DNA from: Promethearchaeota archaeon
Lineage (GTDB): Archaea > Asgardarchaeota > Hermodarchaeia > Hermodarchaeales > Hermodarchaeaceae
Direction: 5' to 3'
Length of the DNA: 27,873 bases
Assembly (NCBI GenBank): GCA_048939245.1
Contig: JBHLPR010000028.1
Span: 1-27,873 of the forward strand
Below, piece by piece: positions 17,659 to 26,129 of the stretch (the first letter of the stretch is position 1; each line of letters opens with the position of its first letter). Both the position numbers and the translations under genes were made by a program. The notes beneath the pieces are model-generated. The model was not told where the DNA came from. It saw nothing but the letters and a program-made list of their open reading frames with translations, and did no database searches.

Positions 17659-17740
17659 GCACAGAAGTTAATCATTGCACCAAACCATATGCGGGGGACC
17701 CTTCCGAAGGGGTCTTTGCCGCCATACCGGTGGCGGGGGT

Positions 17741-17761
17741 ATCTACGTGTGTAGACCCCAA
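17741..17761 (+). other. tRNA intron 1, position 8/9 (21 nt)
   Basis: Strict BHB: outer TGGC/GCCA, central GGGG/CCCC, bulges GT^A and AA^A, inner TCTAC/GTAGA. Confidence 0.88.
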
Positions 17762-17786
17762 AGCCAAGCCTGGTTAACGGCGCAGG

Positions 17787-17816
17787 AGTCACCCGTACCA
17801 ACGGGTTGACGGTGTC
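17787..17816 (+). other. tRNA intron 2, position 30/31 (30 nt)
   Basis: Relaxed BHB: central CGCA/GGTG (3 of 4 pairs), bulges GG^A and TC^A, strong inner hairpin GTCA-CCCGT/ACGGG-T-TGAC. A 31/32 register gives the same spliced product. Confidence 0.78.
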
Positions 17817-17823
17817 ACTCAAG

Positions 17824-17844
17824 ATTTAACCAGGTTTATGAGAC
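17824..17844 (+). other. tRNA intron 3, canonical position 37/38 (21 nt)
   Basis: Central CTCA/TGAG, bulges AG^A and AC^A; outer helix is the anticodon stem. Confidence 0.9.
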
Positions 17845-17875
17845 ATCCTGTCCGGCAGCGGTTCGAGGGTTCGAA

Positions 17876-17902
17876 AGATCCGCGCACTGCGAGCTCCGAA
17901 AT
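17876..17902 (+). other. tRNA intron 4, position 59/60 (27 nt)
   Basis: Outer GAGGG/CCCTC (T stem), central TTCG/CGAA, bulges AA^A and AT^T, inner GA/TC. Confidence 0.9.
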
Positions 17903-17930
17903 TCCCTCCCCCCGCACCACTTCAGCATCG

Positions 17931-17940
17931 TTACCTTTTT
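17931..17940 (+). terminator. Putative T-tract terminator after the tRNA
   Basis: TTACCTTTTT begins 12 nt after the CCA. Confidence 0.35.
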
Positions 17941-17995
17941 GACTGGGATTTCCCTAGCTTCTATAACGGATTTCCGTCTCCACGGGGCCATCTAA

Positions 17996-18589
17996 ATGCT
18001 ACACGTGGTTTATTTAATGCACCCAAGTGGGGTCTGTCTGCTAGACCAAAAATTTGGAGAAATAGAACTTGACTCTACATTAGTTGCTGGTTTCTTTTCT
18101 GCTATACGAGAATTTGCTCGAATGATATCAAAGGGAAAGGGTGATGCGCGGATTGTGGAGATGGGTGAATTCTACATTACCTACGCCGCTGGAGATTACA
18201 TCGTTATAGCCGCCGTGGTTGATAAGGAAGATAACCGACTTCAAGTCCTTCAAGCACTGGATAAGGTGATTGAACGATTTTCGGATCGATTCGAAGACAC
18301 TCTCAAATCCTGGGATGGGAAACTCGTCTTTTTCTCTTTCACACCTGAATTGAATAAAATGCTCAACAACGGATTTATCGGCAAAGATGACGCTCCTCAA
18401 CCAAAGCTTAAACGCGGCCTTCCCAAACTCATGGTGAAACTAGGGCAAATTAGCGAAGTAGAATACAATGTCGCTAAACAGTGCGATGGTAAGAAAACCC
18501 CGCCAGAAATTGCTGAAACCGTAGGGCTTCCTCAAGATGATGTGGAAGTACTGTTGTATCGGCTCAATAAACTCGATTTAATTGAATAA
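17996..18589 (+). CDS. Longin-like domain protein with C-terminal winged helix (Asgard eukaryotic-signature type)
   Basis: N-terminal VYLMHPSGVCLL...DSTLVAGFFSAIREF...IERFSDRF...WDG..VFFSF pattern typical of Asgard longins. C-terminal CDGKKTPPEIAETVGL...VEVLLYRL..LDLIE HTH. Confidence 0.75.
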   Translation: MLHVVYLMHPSGVCLLDQKFGEIELDSTLVAGFFSAIREFARMISKGKGDARIVEMGEFYITYAAGDYIVIAAVVDKEDNRLQVLQALDKVIERFSDRFEDTLKSWDGKLVFFSFTPELNKMLNNGFIGKDDAPQPKLKRGLPKLMVKLGQISEVEYNVAKQCDGKKTPPEIAETVGLPQDDVEVLLYRLNKLDLIE

Positions 18590-18604
18590 GCGTCTATTCT
18601 GGTC

Positions 18605-19264
18605 TTACTCGCTAGCCTCCTGTAATACACCCATAGCAATCAAGCCAAGAGCCAACAAGACCATCATAGGTGCAAAGACTATTCCAAGCGCAGGAAGAAC
18701 CGCTTGAAGGACCCGTCCCCCATAGTACACGAGAAACCCTGTGCCTAACAAGAAGTTACTTGTACGGAGTTGCCCCGTTAACTGAATTCCGATGTAAAAG
18801 AATAGGGCTGGTAACACAATCACGTACAAGGGAAGGATAGCATAATTTGAAATGATATAACCAATGGTTAAAATTCCCCCTGTAAGGGGCGGGGGCCAGA
18901 ACAACCACGACAAAAACAAAATGAGAACCGCAATAATAAGTGGAGGGGAGGAAATAAGGACAATCTGCCACAACTTCCGTTCAAGAATCTGATACGCTAG
19001 CGCAAGAAATACAGTAAAGATCGCTAACCACGAGGTCACGGTCGCTAACCGCCACCAAATTTCAATGTGTGCATAGAAATCCCAGACTAAATAGAAGATG
19101 CGTCCTACACCAAGGAGCAGGAAAAACAATCCAAACCCTAGGTGGAAGGGATTTCGCTTCTCACGATACCGAAAAGCAAGGAAATAGATGAACAGCAGAA
19201 AGAAGTATCCGACAATAACATACCATAAACCGATAATCACCGAATCAAGCTCAGTAAATAGCAT
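18605..19264 (-). CDS. Seven-transmembrane protein of unknown function
   Basis: About seven hydrophobic segments, no soluble domain. ATG 19264 after GGTG is preferred over the track start 19321. Confidence 0.75.
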   Translation of the reverse strand: MLFTELDSVIIGLWYVIVGYFFLLFIYFLAFRYREKRNPFHLGFGLFFLLLGVGRIFYLVWDFYAHIEIWWRLATVTSWLAIFTVFLALAYQILERKLWQIVLISSPPLIIAVLILFLSWLFWPPPLTGGILTIGYIISNYAILPLYVIVLPALFFYIGIQLTGQLRTSNFLLGTGFLVYYGGRVLQAVLPALGIVFAPMMVLLALGLIAMGVLQEASE

Positions 19265-19367
19265 TTTAACACCCTCATTCCGCATGGAAATATTACTAAC
19301 CAATCTTCTTTTTTTCTCCATTTAAGGCTGCTGTTCGCAAATTCCGTTTCATCGAACTCGGTAAGAG

Positions 19368-19399
19368 GAAAATGTTTTTACCTTTACAAATGTAAAGGT
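19368..19399 (+). promoter_or_regulatory. BRE/TATA of the hdr-kor-mvh operon with an adjoining perfect inverted repeat (putative operator)
   Basis: GAAAATG-TTTTTA, then ACCTTTACA-AA-TGTAAAGGT (19380-19399). SD GGGGTGA at 19417-19423. Confidence 0.6.
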
Positions 19400-19427
19400 C
19401 ACAGCTTTAACTCCTTGGGGTGACTTC

Positions 19428-19979
19428 GTGATCGATCGTCGGATAATTAATGGGTCAAAAATTGATAGTGAGCTTGCTGAAGAGATGGAGAAAGCTGGCC
19501 TTGATCGGATCCGTTCATGCATCCAATGTGGAACGTGCACGGGTTCTTGTCCTTCTGGTCGCCGAACAGCTCTTAGAACGCGACAACTCATTCGAAAAGC
19601 TATTCTCGGATTTAGAGATGAGGTGTTATCTGATCCAGACCTTTGGTTGTGCACAACTTGTGGTACCTGTACTGATCGTTGTCCTCGTAAAATTGATGTC
19701 ACCGAAGCCATTCTATATTTGCGAAATCTTTCTTGCCAAGCTGGATATATGAAGCCCGAACATAAGGGCGTTTCTCACAAACTCATTGAGACCGGTCATG
19801 CGGTCCCGATTGATAATGAGAAATGGAGCAAAATGCGTGAAGAACTTGGCCTTCCTCCATTACCACCTACCACTCACTCCTACCCCAAGGCGGTCAAAGA
19901 AATCCAACACATCATAAAGAAAACTGGCTTTGATAAACTGGTCAATTACAAGGAGAACAAAAAGGATGGAAAAACATAG
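19428..19979 (+). CDS. hdrC: Heterodisulfide reductase subunit C
   Basis: CIQCGTCTGSCPSG and LWLCTTCGTCTDRCPR (two 4Fe-4S motifs); TGHAVP...PPTTH tail. Confidence 0.95.
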   Translation: MIDRRIINGSKIDSELAEEMEKAGLDRIRSCIQCGTCTGSCPSGRRTALRTRQLIRKAILGFRDEVLSDPDLWLCTTCGTCTDRCPRKIDVTEAILYLRNLSCQAGYMKPEHKGVSHKLIETGHAVPIDNEKWSKMREELGLPPLPPTTHSYPKAVKEIQHIIKKTGFDKLVNYKENKKDGKT

Positions 19980-20859
19980 ATATAGTTTCTTTCTCGGCTG
20001 TGTAATTCCCAATCGTCTCCCCCAAATTGAAGCCGCTACTCGCCTCGTTGCACCAAAACTCGGTATCGAACTCGTGGAAATGAATGGGGCCTCGTGCTGT
20101 CCTGCACCAGGTGTCATCAAATCGTTTGATAAAAACACGTGGCTTGCCATCACCGCCCGTAATATTGCCATTGCAGAAGAAAATGGTTTGGACATCTTTG
20201 TTCTGTGCAATGGCTGCTATGGCACATTGATTGCAGGGGTACACGATCTAAAGGATCCTGAAACCCGAAAACGGGTCAACAAGATTCTGAAAGGAACTGG
20301 ACATCAAGTCAAGGGCACAATAACAGTGAAGCATCTAGTTGAAGTTCTTTGGATGGATATTGGTAAAGACGCTATCGAAGAAACCGTGATTAACCCGATT
20401 GATGCTCGATTTGCCATCCATGTTGGCTGCCATCTGCTAAAACCCAGTGATATCCGACCCTGGGGGGTAGTCGAAGATTTTACTCTAGTTGATGACCTAG
20501 TCGAGCTGGTTGGTGGAACCACGGTTGATTACAAACTTAAAGACATGTGTTGTGGCGCTGGTGGTGGGTTACGCTCAGCTGAGTTGGAAGTCTCTTTGGA
20601 TATGGCCCGAGAAAAATTTGAAGCCATGAAGCAAGCAAAGGTAGATGCCCTCATCAATGTCTGCAACTTTTGTCACCTCCAATTTGATCTGGGTCAGGTT
20701 CAGGTGAACAAGCAGTTCGGAACCGACTATCAGATTCCCGTTCTCTATTACACCCAACTGCTCGGTCTAGCACAAGGGTTCACACCGAAACAGATGGGAC
20801 TGGACAAGCACTTCATATCTGTTGAACCCTTCCTAGAAAAAATTGGGATGAGCGTGTGA
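19966..20859 (+). CDS. hdrB: Heterodisulfide reductase subunit B
   Basis: Two intact CCG domains: FFLGC/SCCPAPG/CNGC and HVGCH/CCGAGGG/CNFCHLQFD. ATG 19966 follows AGGAG. Confidence 0.96.
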   Translation: MEKHRYSFFLGCVIPNRLPQIEAATRLVAPKLGIELVEMNGASCCPAPGVIKSFDKNTWLAITARNIAIAEENGLDIFVLCNGCYGTLIAGVHDLKDPETRKRVNKILKGTGHQVKGTITVKHLVEVLWMDIGKDAIEETVINPIDARFAIHVGCHLLKPSDIRPWGVVEDFTLVDDLVELVGGTTVDYKLKDMCCGAGGGLRSAELEVSLDMAREKFEAMKQAKVDALINVCNFCHLQFDLGQVQVNKQFGTDYQIPVLYYTQLLGLAQGFTPKQMGLDKHFISVEPFLEKIGMSV

Positions 20860-21152
20860 TGTTGACAAGGCAAGAAAGAAGCCCCATTGTACCAGAGGAG
20901 GAATCCGGAACGAAATATGAGATAGTCGTTAACGAGGATTGGTGCAAGGGCTGTGGTTTCTGCTATACCTTCTGTCCACGTGAAGTGCTGGAAAAATCAA
21001 CAAAATTCAATGCAAAAGGCTACTATCCCCCCGTAGCCACAAACATCGACCGCTGTGTGGGATGCGGTCTTTGCGAAGCTCTCTGTCCGGATTTCGCTAT
21101 CTACGTTGTAGAAAAAGAAGCTAAAACCAAACACGAAAAGGGTGAGAAGTGA
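20856..21152 (+). CDS. korD: 2-oxoacid:ferredoxin oxidoreductase delta subunit (2x4Fe-4S)
   Basis: WCKGCGFCYTFCP...GYYPP...CVGCGLCEALCPDFAI. Confidence 0.9.
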   Translation: MMLTRQERSPIVPEEESGTKYEIVVNEDWCKGCGFCYTFCPREVLEKSTKFNAKGYYPPVATNIDRCVGCGLCEALCPDFAIYVVEKEAKTKHEKGEK

Positions 21153-22300
21153 TGCAGAGAGCGGTTTTAACGGGGGAAATGTTCACACAAGGCGACATCG
21201 CTGCCGCGGAAGGCGCACTCGCTGCTGGCTGCCGCTTTTTTGGTGGGTATCCAATCACACCCGCCACAGAAATCGCTGAGCGCATGGCTTATCGACTTCC
21301 ACGTATAGGCGGACGTTACATCCAAATGGAAGATGAAATCGCCTCTTGCACCGCTGTAGTAGGCGCCTCTTACGCCGGAGTTAAGGCTATGACTGCAACT
21401 TCAGGACCTGGCGTCAGTCTCATGAATGAAACCATCGGACTTGCCGTAATGACTGAAACACCCATGGTTTTAGTTAACGTTATGCGTGGCGGGCCTTCTA
21501 CCGGTCAACCCACCGAAGCCAGTCAAAGCGACATCATGCAAGCCAAATGGGGCAGCCACGGTGATTATGAAATCATTGCACTCATTCCCTCATCCGTCCA
21601 AGAAATGTTTGACCTCACTATCCACGCCTTCAACTTATCCGAACAATTCCGCGTTCCAACCTTTGTCCTAGCAGATGAAATCATTGGACATATGCGCGAA
21701 CGCTTGGTCATTCCACCCGAAGATGAAATTAAAATCGTGAATCGTAAAAAACCGACCGTTCCTCCCGAAGAATATATGCCCTTCAAAGCCGACGAAGACC
21801 TAGTTCCACCTATGGCGACCTTCGGTGATGGCTATCACTTCTATGCCACGGGTCTCACCCATGACGAACGCGGATACCCGGTCATGGACGATGAAACCCA
21901 ACTCGCGCTGGTTCCACGGCTCTGCGACAAGATTCGCAAGAACACCCACAAAATTACCCAAGCCAAGACTACAGAGACCGAAGACGCTGAAACCCTCGTT
22001 GTAGCCTATGGAGGAGAAGCCCGAACAGCAATTCGAGCAATCAAAGATGCACGAGCTGATGGCATGAAAATCGGTCTCTTTCGCCCAATCACCGTCTGGC
22101 CTTTCCCCAAAGAGCAATTGAAAGACGCTGCAGCCACTGCCCAAAATGTGGTCGTTGCAGAACTCAATTACGGTCAAGTGGTGGGCGAAGTAGAACGGGT
22201 CATCCGCAACGAAGTCCCAGTTCATTTAATTCCACGAGTCTGCGGGAGCCCCCATACCCCCGACGAACTCATGAAAGAAATCAGGAGGTGTATTAATTGA
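21149..22300 (+). CDS. korA: 2-oxoacid:ferredoxin oxidoreductase alpha subunit (Kor-type)
   Basis: GYPITPATEI, QMEDEIAS, TATSGPG, RGGPSTGQPT, WGSHGD. Substrate not certain. Confidence 0.92.
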   Translation: MMQRAVLTGEMFTQGDIAAAEGALAAGCRFFGGYPITPATEIAERMAYRLPRIGGRYIQMEDEIASCTAVVGASYAGVKAMTATSGPGVSLMNETIGLAVMTETPMVLVNVMRGGPSTGQPTEASQSDIMQAKWGSHGDYEIIALIPSSVQEMFDLTIHAFNLSEQFRVPTFVLADEIIGHMRERLVIPPEDEIKIVNRKKPTVPPEEYMPFKADEDLVPPMATFGDGYHFYATGLTHDERGYPVMDDETQLALVPRLCDKIRKNTHKITQAKTTETEDAETLVVAYGGEARTAIRAIKDARADGMKIGLFRPITVWPFPKEQLKDAAATAQNVVVAELNYGQVVGEVERVIRNEVPVHLIPRVCGSPHTPDELMKEIRRCIN

Positions 22301-23145
22301 CCGCAACAACCCGCACCACAACTGAAGCCGAACACCCCCTCCTCAACTACATTCGACGTGATCGATTCCCCCATATCTTCTGCAGCGCCTGTGGCATTGG
22401 CACTGTCCTCCAAGCCTTTGCCAATGCCCTTCGCAGCTTAAACTTCGATATGGACCGTTTGGTAGTCATCAGTGGAATTGGGTGCACAGGACGCGCTAGC
22501 GGATACTTTGCAGCCGACAGCTATCATACCACCCACGGTCGTGCCATTGCCTTTGCCTCTGGCGTTAAGGTGGCTAATCCTGAACTAAAACCTGTTGTCA
22601 TAAGTGGTGATGGTGATCTATTCGCTATTGGCGGAAACCACTTCATCCACGCGGCTCGTCGCAACGTCGATATGCTTGTAATCTGTATCAATAACTTCAA
22701 CTACGGGATGACCGGGGGGCAAATGGGACCCACCACACCTGACAATGCCATCACTGTCACATCCCCTGATGGTAATATCGAACACCCATTCAATCTGGTA
22801 AGCGTGGCCGCAGCTTCGGGGGCCGTCTTTGTTGCTCGATGGACCGCGCTTCACGCTCGGCGACTCACCAAATCCATCGAAAAAGCCCTTCAGAAGAAAG
22901 GATTCAAATTCATTGAAGTAATCTCACCCTGTCCCACGTTATACGACCGGTACAATCGCTACGGAACCGGGCTCGATGTCATGAAAAGATACCGCGAAAT
23001 CTCGGTAATCCGCAATTTCACGGATCCAATGAAAGCCGAAATCGACTATCGGACACGGATAGTGTGCGGCGAATTCGTAGACACCGAAAAACCGGAGTTT
23101 ACCGATTTACTCGCCCAGCAATCAGAGAAACTCCACACAAGGTGA
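22297..23145 (+). CDS. korB: 2-oxoacid:ferredoxin oxidoreductase beta subunit (TPP-binding)
   Basis: FCSACGIG, SGIGC, HGRA, GDGD...GGNHFIHA.RRN, NFNYGMTGGQ, SPCPT. Confidence 0.92.
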   Translation: MTATTRTTTEAEHPLLNYIRRDRFPHIFCSACGIGTVLQAFANALRSLNFDMDRLVVISGIGCTGRASGYFAADSYHTTHGRAIAFASGVKVANPELKPVVISGDGDLFAIGGNHFIHAARRNVDMLVICINNFNYGMTGGQMGPTTPDNAITVTSPDGNIEHPFNLVSVAAASGAVFVARWTALHARRLTKSIEKALQKKGFKFIEVISPCPTLYDRYNRYGTGLDVMKRYREISVIRNFTDPMKAEIDYRTRIVCGEFVDTEKPEFTDLLAQQSEKLHTR

Positions 23146-23154
23146 TGTAGCAAA

Positions 23155-23718
23155 ATGGTACGGACAGAAATTCGACTCGGTGGATTGGGCGGACAAGGAA
23201 TAATCAAATCCGCCGTTATCATCGGAGAAGCCGCGTCCATTCACGACGGGAAAGAAGCCGTCCAAACCGCTTCCTATGGCCCTGAATCCCGTGGCAGTGC
23301 CTGTAAAGCTGAAGTCATCATTTCCGATACCCCAGTTGATTACCCCCTAGTCCTTACGCCCGACGTTATGGTGGCATTATCCAACGACGCCTTCCACAAA
23401 TACAAAGCTGATCTCAGCGAAGGCGGCATCGCAATTATTGATTCAGATTTGGTGAAAGCGGGAAAAATTAAGGCAGGTGTGCAGGTGTATCATGTAGCAG
23501 CTGCGGCAACCGCTCATCAAGTTCTCAAAAATCCCCTGGTCACCAATGTTGTCATGCTTGGTGCCTTCACAGCGATCACCAAAGCTGTCACCCCAGAAGC
23601 AATGCGTAAAGCCATTGCCAACGCCTTTCCCAAATACTCTGAACTCAACCTCCGTGCTTTCAACGAAGGTATGCAACTCGGACAAGAAGCCATGGAACAA
23701 TCAACTCCAAAGAAGTGA
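23155..23718 (+). CDS. korC: 2-oxoacid:ferredoxin oxidoreductase gamma subunit
   Basis: GLGGQG, SYGPESRG, NVVMLGA, N.RAFNEG. Confidence 0.92.
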   Translation: MVRTEIRLGGLGGQGIIKSAVIIGEAASIHDGKEAVQTASYGPESRGSACKAEVIISDTPVDYPLVLTPDVMVALSNDAFHKYKADLSEGGIAIIDSDLVKAGKIKAGVQVYHVAAAATAHQVLKNPLVTNVVMLGAFTAITKAVTPEAMRKAIANAFPKYSELNLRAFNEGMQLGQEAMEQSTPKK

Positions 23719-25697
23719 ACCCCTCTATGTCAACAGAACAACCTAAAATCGGTGTCTTCATCTGTCACTGCGGCTCCAACATAGCAGGCGTCATCGACAT
23801 CTCTAAACTCATCGAATATGCCGCCACGCTCCCTAACGTCGTCGTCGCAGAAGACTACCGCTACATGTGCTCCGATCCAGGACAAGACCTCATCAAAGAA
23901 CGCGCCCGTGAAAAAGGCCTTAATCGTGTCGTTGTCGCCGCATGTAGTCCAACACTCCACGAACCCACCTTCCGCCGGGTCCTCGAAAGTATCGGATTAA
24001 ACCCGTTCTTCTTTGATATGTCCAACATCCGAGAACACTGCTCCTGGGTCCACACGCACGAAGAAGAAGCTGCCCTCGAAAAAGCCAAAGACCTCGTCAA
24101 AATGGCAGTCGCCAGAGCCGCAGAACTTGAACCCTTGGAACAAAAAGAAGTCGACGTTAAAGCCAAAGTCATGGTTGTGGGTGCCGGTATTGCAGGCATC
24201 CAAGCCGCCCTTGATATTGCAGACGCTGGCTACAAGGTCTATCTGGTTGAAAAAGAACCCAGCATCGGCGGACATATGGCCCAACTCGACAAGACCTTTC
24301 CCACGCTTGATTGCAGCAGTTGTATCCTGACCCCGAAAATGAGTTTGATAGGGCAACACCCCAACATCGAGTTGATGACCTATAGTGAGGTTCGAGAAGT
24401 GAATGGCTATGTTGGGAATTTCACGGTGAAAGTAGAAAAGAAACCGCGTTATGTCATCGAGGACAAATGCACAGCCTGTGCAGATTGCCTTGAAGTCTGC
24501 CCGGTCAATGTTCCCGATGAATTCAATGCAGGGCTGGGTTGGCGGAAAGCCATTTACATTCCCTTCGCTCAAGCTGTACCGAACGCCTACGTTATAGACA
24601 CAGAACACTGCTTAGGTATGACCCCCATTGCTTGTGGCAAATGTAAAGACGCCTGTGAAGCTGAAGCCATTGACTATGAAATGAAGTCCGAAATTGTGGA
24701 ACTGAATGTTGGCGCAATTATTGTCACCACTGGGTTCCAACTGTTTGATGCCTTGAGACAACTCGAATACGGCTATGGCAAGTATCCCGATGTCATGACC
24801 AATCTTGAAATGGAACGCATGTTAAATGCAGCCGGACCTACCGATGGGAAGATTGTCCGTCCCTCCACGATGAAGAAACCCAAACACATCGCCTACATCC
24901 AATGCGTCGGTTCCCGTAATGAACGCTACAATCCCTACTGTTCACGGGTCTGTTGTATGGCTGCACTGAAGCAAGCCCGACAAATACGCGAAAAATACCC
25001 CGACATTAAGGTAACTATTTTCTACATCGACATGCGCGCCTTTGGAAAGGGCTATGAAGAATTCTACGAAACGAGTGCCCGACAATATGGTGTTAACTTT
25101 GTCCGTGGACGGGTCTCCGAAGTGCGCGGATCATTCGAATCTGATCGCCTTGTCGTCCGTGGCGAAGACACATTTCTCGCTGAACCCCTGGAAACCGAAG
25201 TCGACATTGTCGTTCTCTCTTGTGGCATTGAAGCACCCAAAGACCAAGCGGACTTGGCTCGAATTCTCGGCATCCAACTCAGCGCCGATGGCTTCTTCTT
25301 AGAAGCCCACCCCAAACTCCGCCCGGTTGAAACCAACACTGATGGCATCTTCATTGCCGGGACCGCTCAAGGACCCAAGGATATCCCCGATTCTGTTGCG
25401 CAAGCTAAAGGTGCCGCGGCAAGTGCCCTCGCCATGGTCGCCGCAGGGCACGTCAGAATACAGCCCTACGCTGCAGTGGTTAACGAAGAGCTTTGTGCCG
25501 GCTGCGGCATCTGTGAAGCCTCCTGCCCCTACGGCGCTGTCAAAGTCGTCGACAATGTTGCGCAAGTCACCGAAGCTCAATGCAAAGGCTGTGGTACCTG
25601 CGCCGCTGCCTGTCCCAATGAAGCCATCGCCCCTCAACACTTCACCATGGAACAAATCATCGCCCAACTGGACGCCCTCTTTCAGGAAGCGAAATAA
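23715..25697 (+). CDS. hdrA: Heterodisulfide reductase subunit A (electron-bifurcating flavoprotein)
   Basis: [37 protein letters not shown], inserted ferredoxin, LEMER, CVGSR..CSRVCC..ALK, C-terminal 2x4Fe-4S. Start is GTG 23715 or ATG 23727. Confidence 0.97.
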   Translation: MNPSMSTEQPKIGVFICHCGSNIAGVIDISKLIEYAATLPNVVVAEDYRYMCSDPGQDLIKERAREKGLNRVVVAACSPTLHEPTFRRVLESIGLNPFFFDMSNIREHCSWVHTHEEEAALEKAKDLVKMAVARAAELEPLEQKEVDVKAKVMVVGAGIAGIQAALDIADAGYKVYLVEKEPSIGGHMAQLDKTFPTLDCSSCILTPKMSLIGQHPNIELMTYSEVREVNGYVGNFTVKVEKKPRYVIEDKCTACADCLEVCPVNVPDEFNAGLGWRKAIYIPFAQAVPNAYVIDTEHCLGMTPIACGKCKDACEAEAIDYEMKSEIVELNVGAIIVTTGFQLFDALRQLEYGYGKYPDVMTNLEMERMLNAAGPTDGKIVRPSTMKKPKHIAYIQCVGSRNERYNPYCSRVCCMAALKQARQIREKYPDIKVTIFYIDMRAFGKGYEEFYETSARQYGVNFVRGRVSEVRGSFESDRLVVRGEDTFLAEPLETEVDIVVLSCGIEAPKDQADLARILGIQLSADGFFLEAHPKLRPVETNTDGIFIAGTAQGPKDIPDSVAQAKGAAASALAMVAAGHVRIQPYAAVVNEELCAGCGICEASCPYGAVKVVDNVAQVTEAQCKGCGTCAAACPNEAIAPQHFTMEQIIAQLDALFQEAK

Positions 25698-25699
25698 CC

Positions 25700-26128
25700 A
25701 TGACCAAAAAGAACTGGGAACCCAAAATCGTCTGCTTCGCTTGCCGCTGGTGTAGCTACGCTGGCGCAGACATGGCGGGAACCTCGCGAATCCAATATCC
25801 CCCTAACGCCCGCGTTATCCGTGTTAACTGCAGCGGACGGGTGGACCCGCAATTCATCTTACGTGCCCTTAAACTCAAAGCCGATGGCGTACTCATCGCC
25901 GGCTGCCATTTCGGCGACTGCCACTATGCTACCGGCAACTACCAAACCTCCCGCCGTATTGCGCTCCTCAAGGAGTACCTTAAAGAACTCGGTTTAGAAC
26001 CCGAACGACTTCGCCTTGAATGGATTTCCGCGGCTGAAGGTCAAAAATTCGCGGAAACCATGAAGTCATTTGTAAAAGAGATTAAGCTTTTAGGACCCAA
26101 TCCGCTCACAAACGGAGGAACCGACTAA
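25700..26128 (+). CDS. mvhD: Mvh hydrogenase delta subunit (2Fe-2S)
   Basis: [35 protein letters not shown]. Confidence 0.96.
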   Translation: MTKKNWEPKIVCFACRWCSYAGADMAGTSRIQYPPNARVIRVNCSGRVDPQFILRALKLKADGVLIAGCHFGDCHYATGNYQTSRRIALLKEYLKELGLEPERLRLEWISAAEGQKFAETMKSFVKEIKLLGPNPLTNGGTD

Positions 26129-26129
26129 C

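Larger units (their letters stand above)
17733..17919 (+). tRNA. tRNA-Leu(CAA) interrupted by four BHB introns
   Basis: Exons 17733-17740, 17762-17786, 17817-17823, 17845-17875 and 17903-17919 join to the 88-nt GCGGGGG-TA-GCC-AAGCCTGGTTAAC-GGC-G-CAGGA-CTCAAGA-TCCTG-TCCGGCAGCGGTTC-GAGGG-TTCGAAT-CCCTC-CCCCCGC-A-CCA. All four stems pair; long variable arm, A73, encoded CCA. Confidence 0.92.

Noticed and set aside
17691-17760. Alternative tRNA starting at 17691 (amber/Pyl- or Sec-like parse with CTA), or a fifth intron between the two GCGGGGG copies
   Set aside because: No proper anticodon stem-loop follows CTA, and no register gives a 4-bp central helix for a BHB.
17660-17810. 5S rRNA-like words (ACAGAAGTTAA, GCCATA.CGG, CACCCGTACC)
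   Set aside because: Wrong order and spacing for 5S; the region is explained by the tRNA, its introns and leader.
23715-26128. Selenocysteine recoding in HdrA/MvhD, known in some Asgard archaea and Methanococcales
   Set aside because: Both frames are open without in-frame TGA and the ligand positions are Cys codons.
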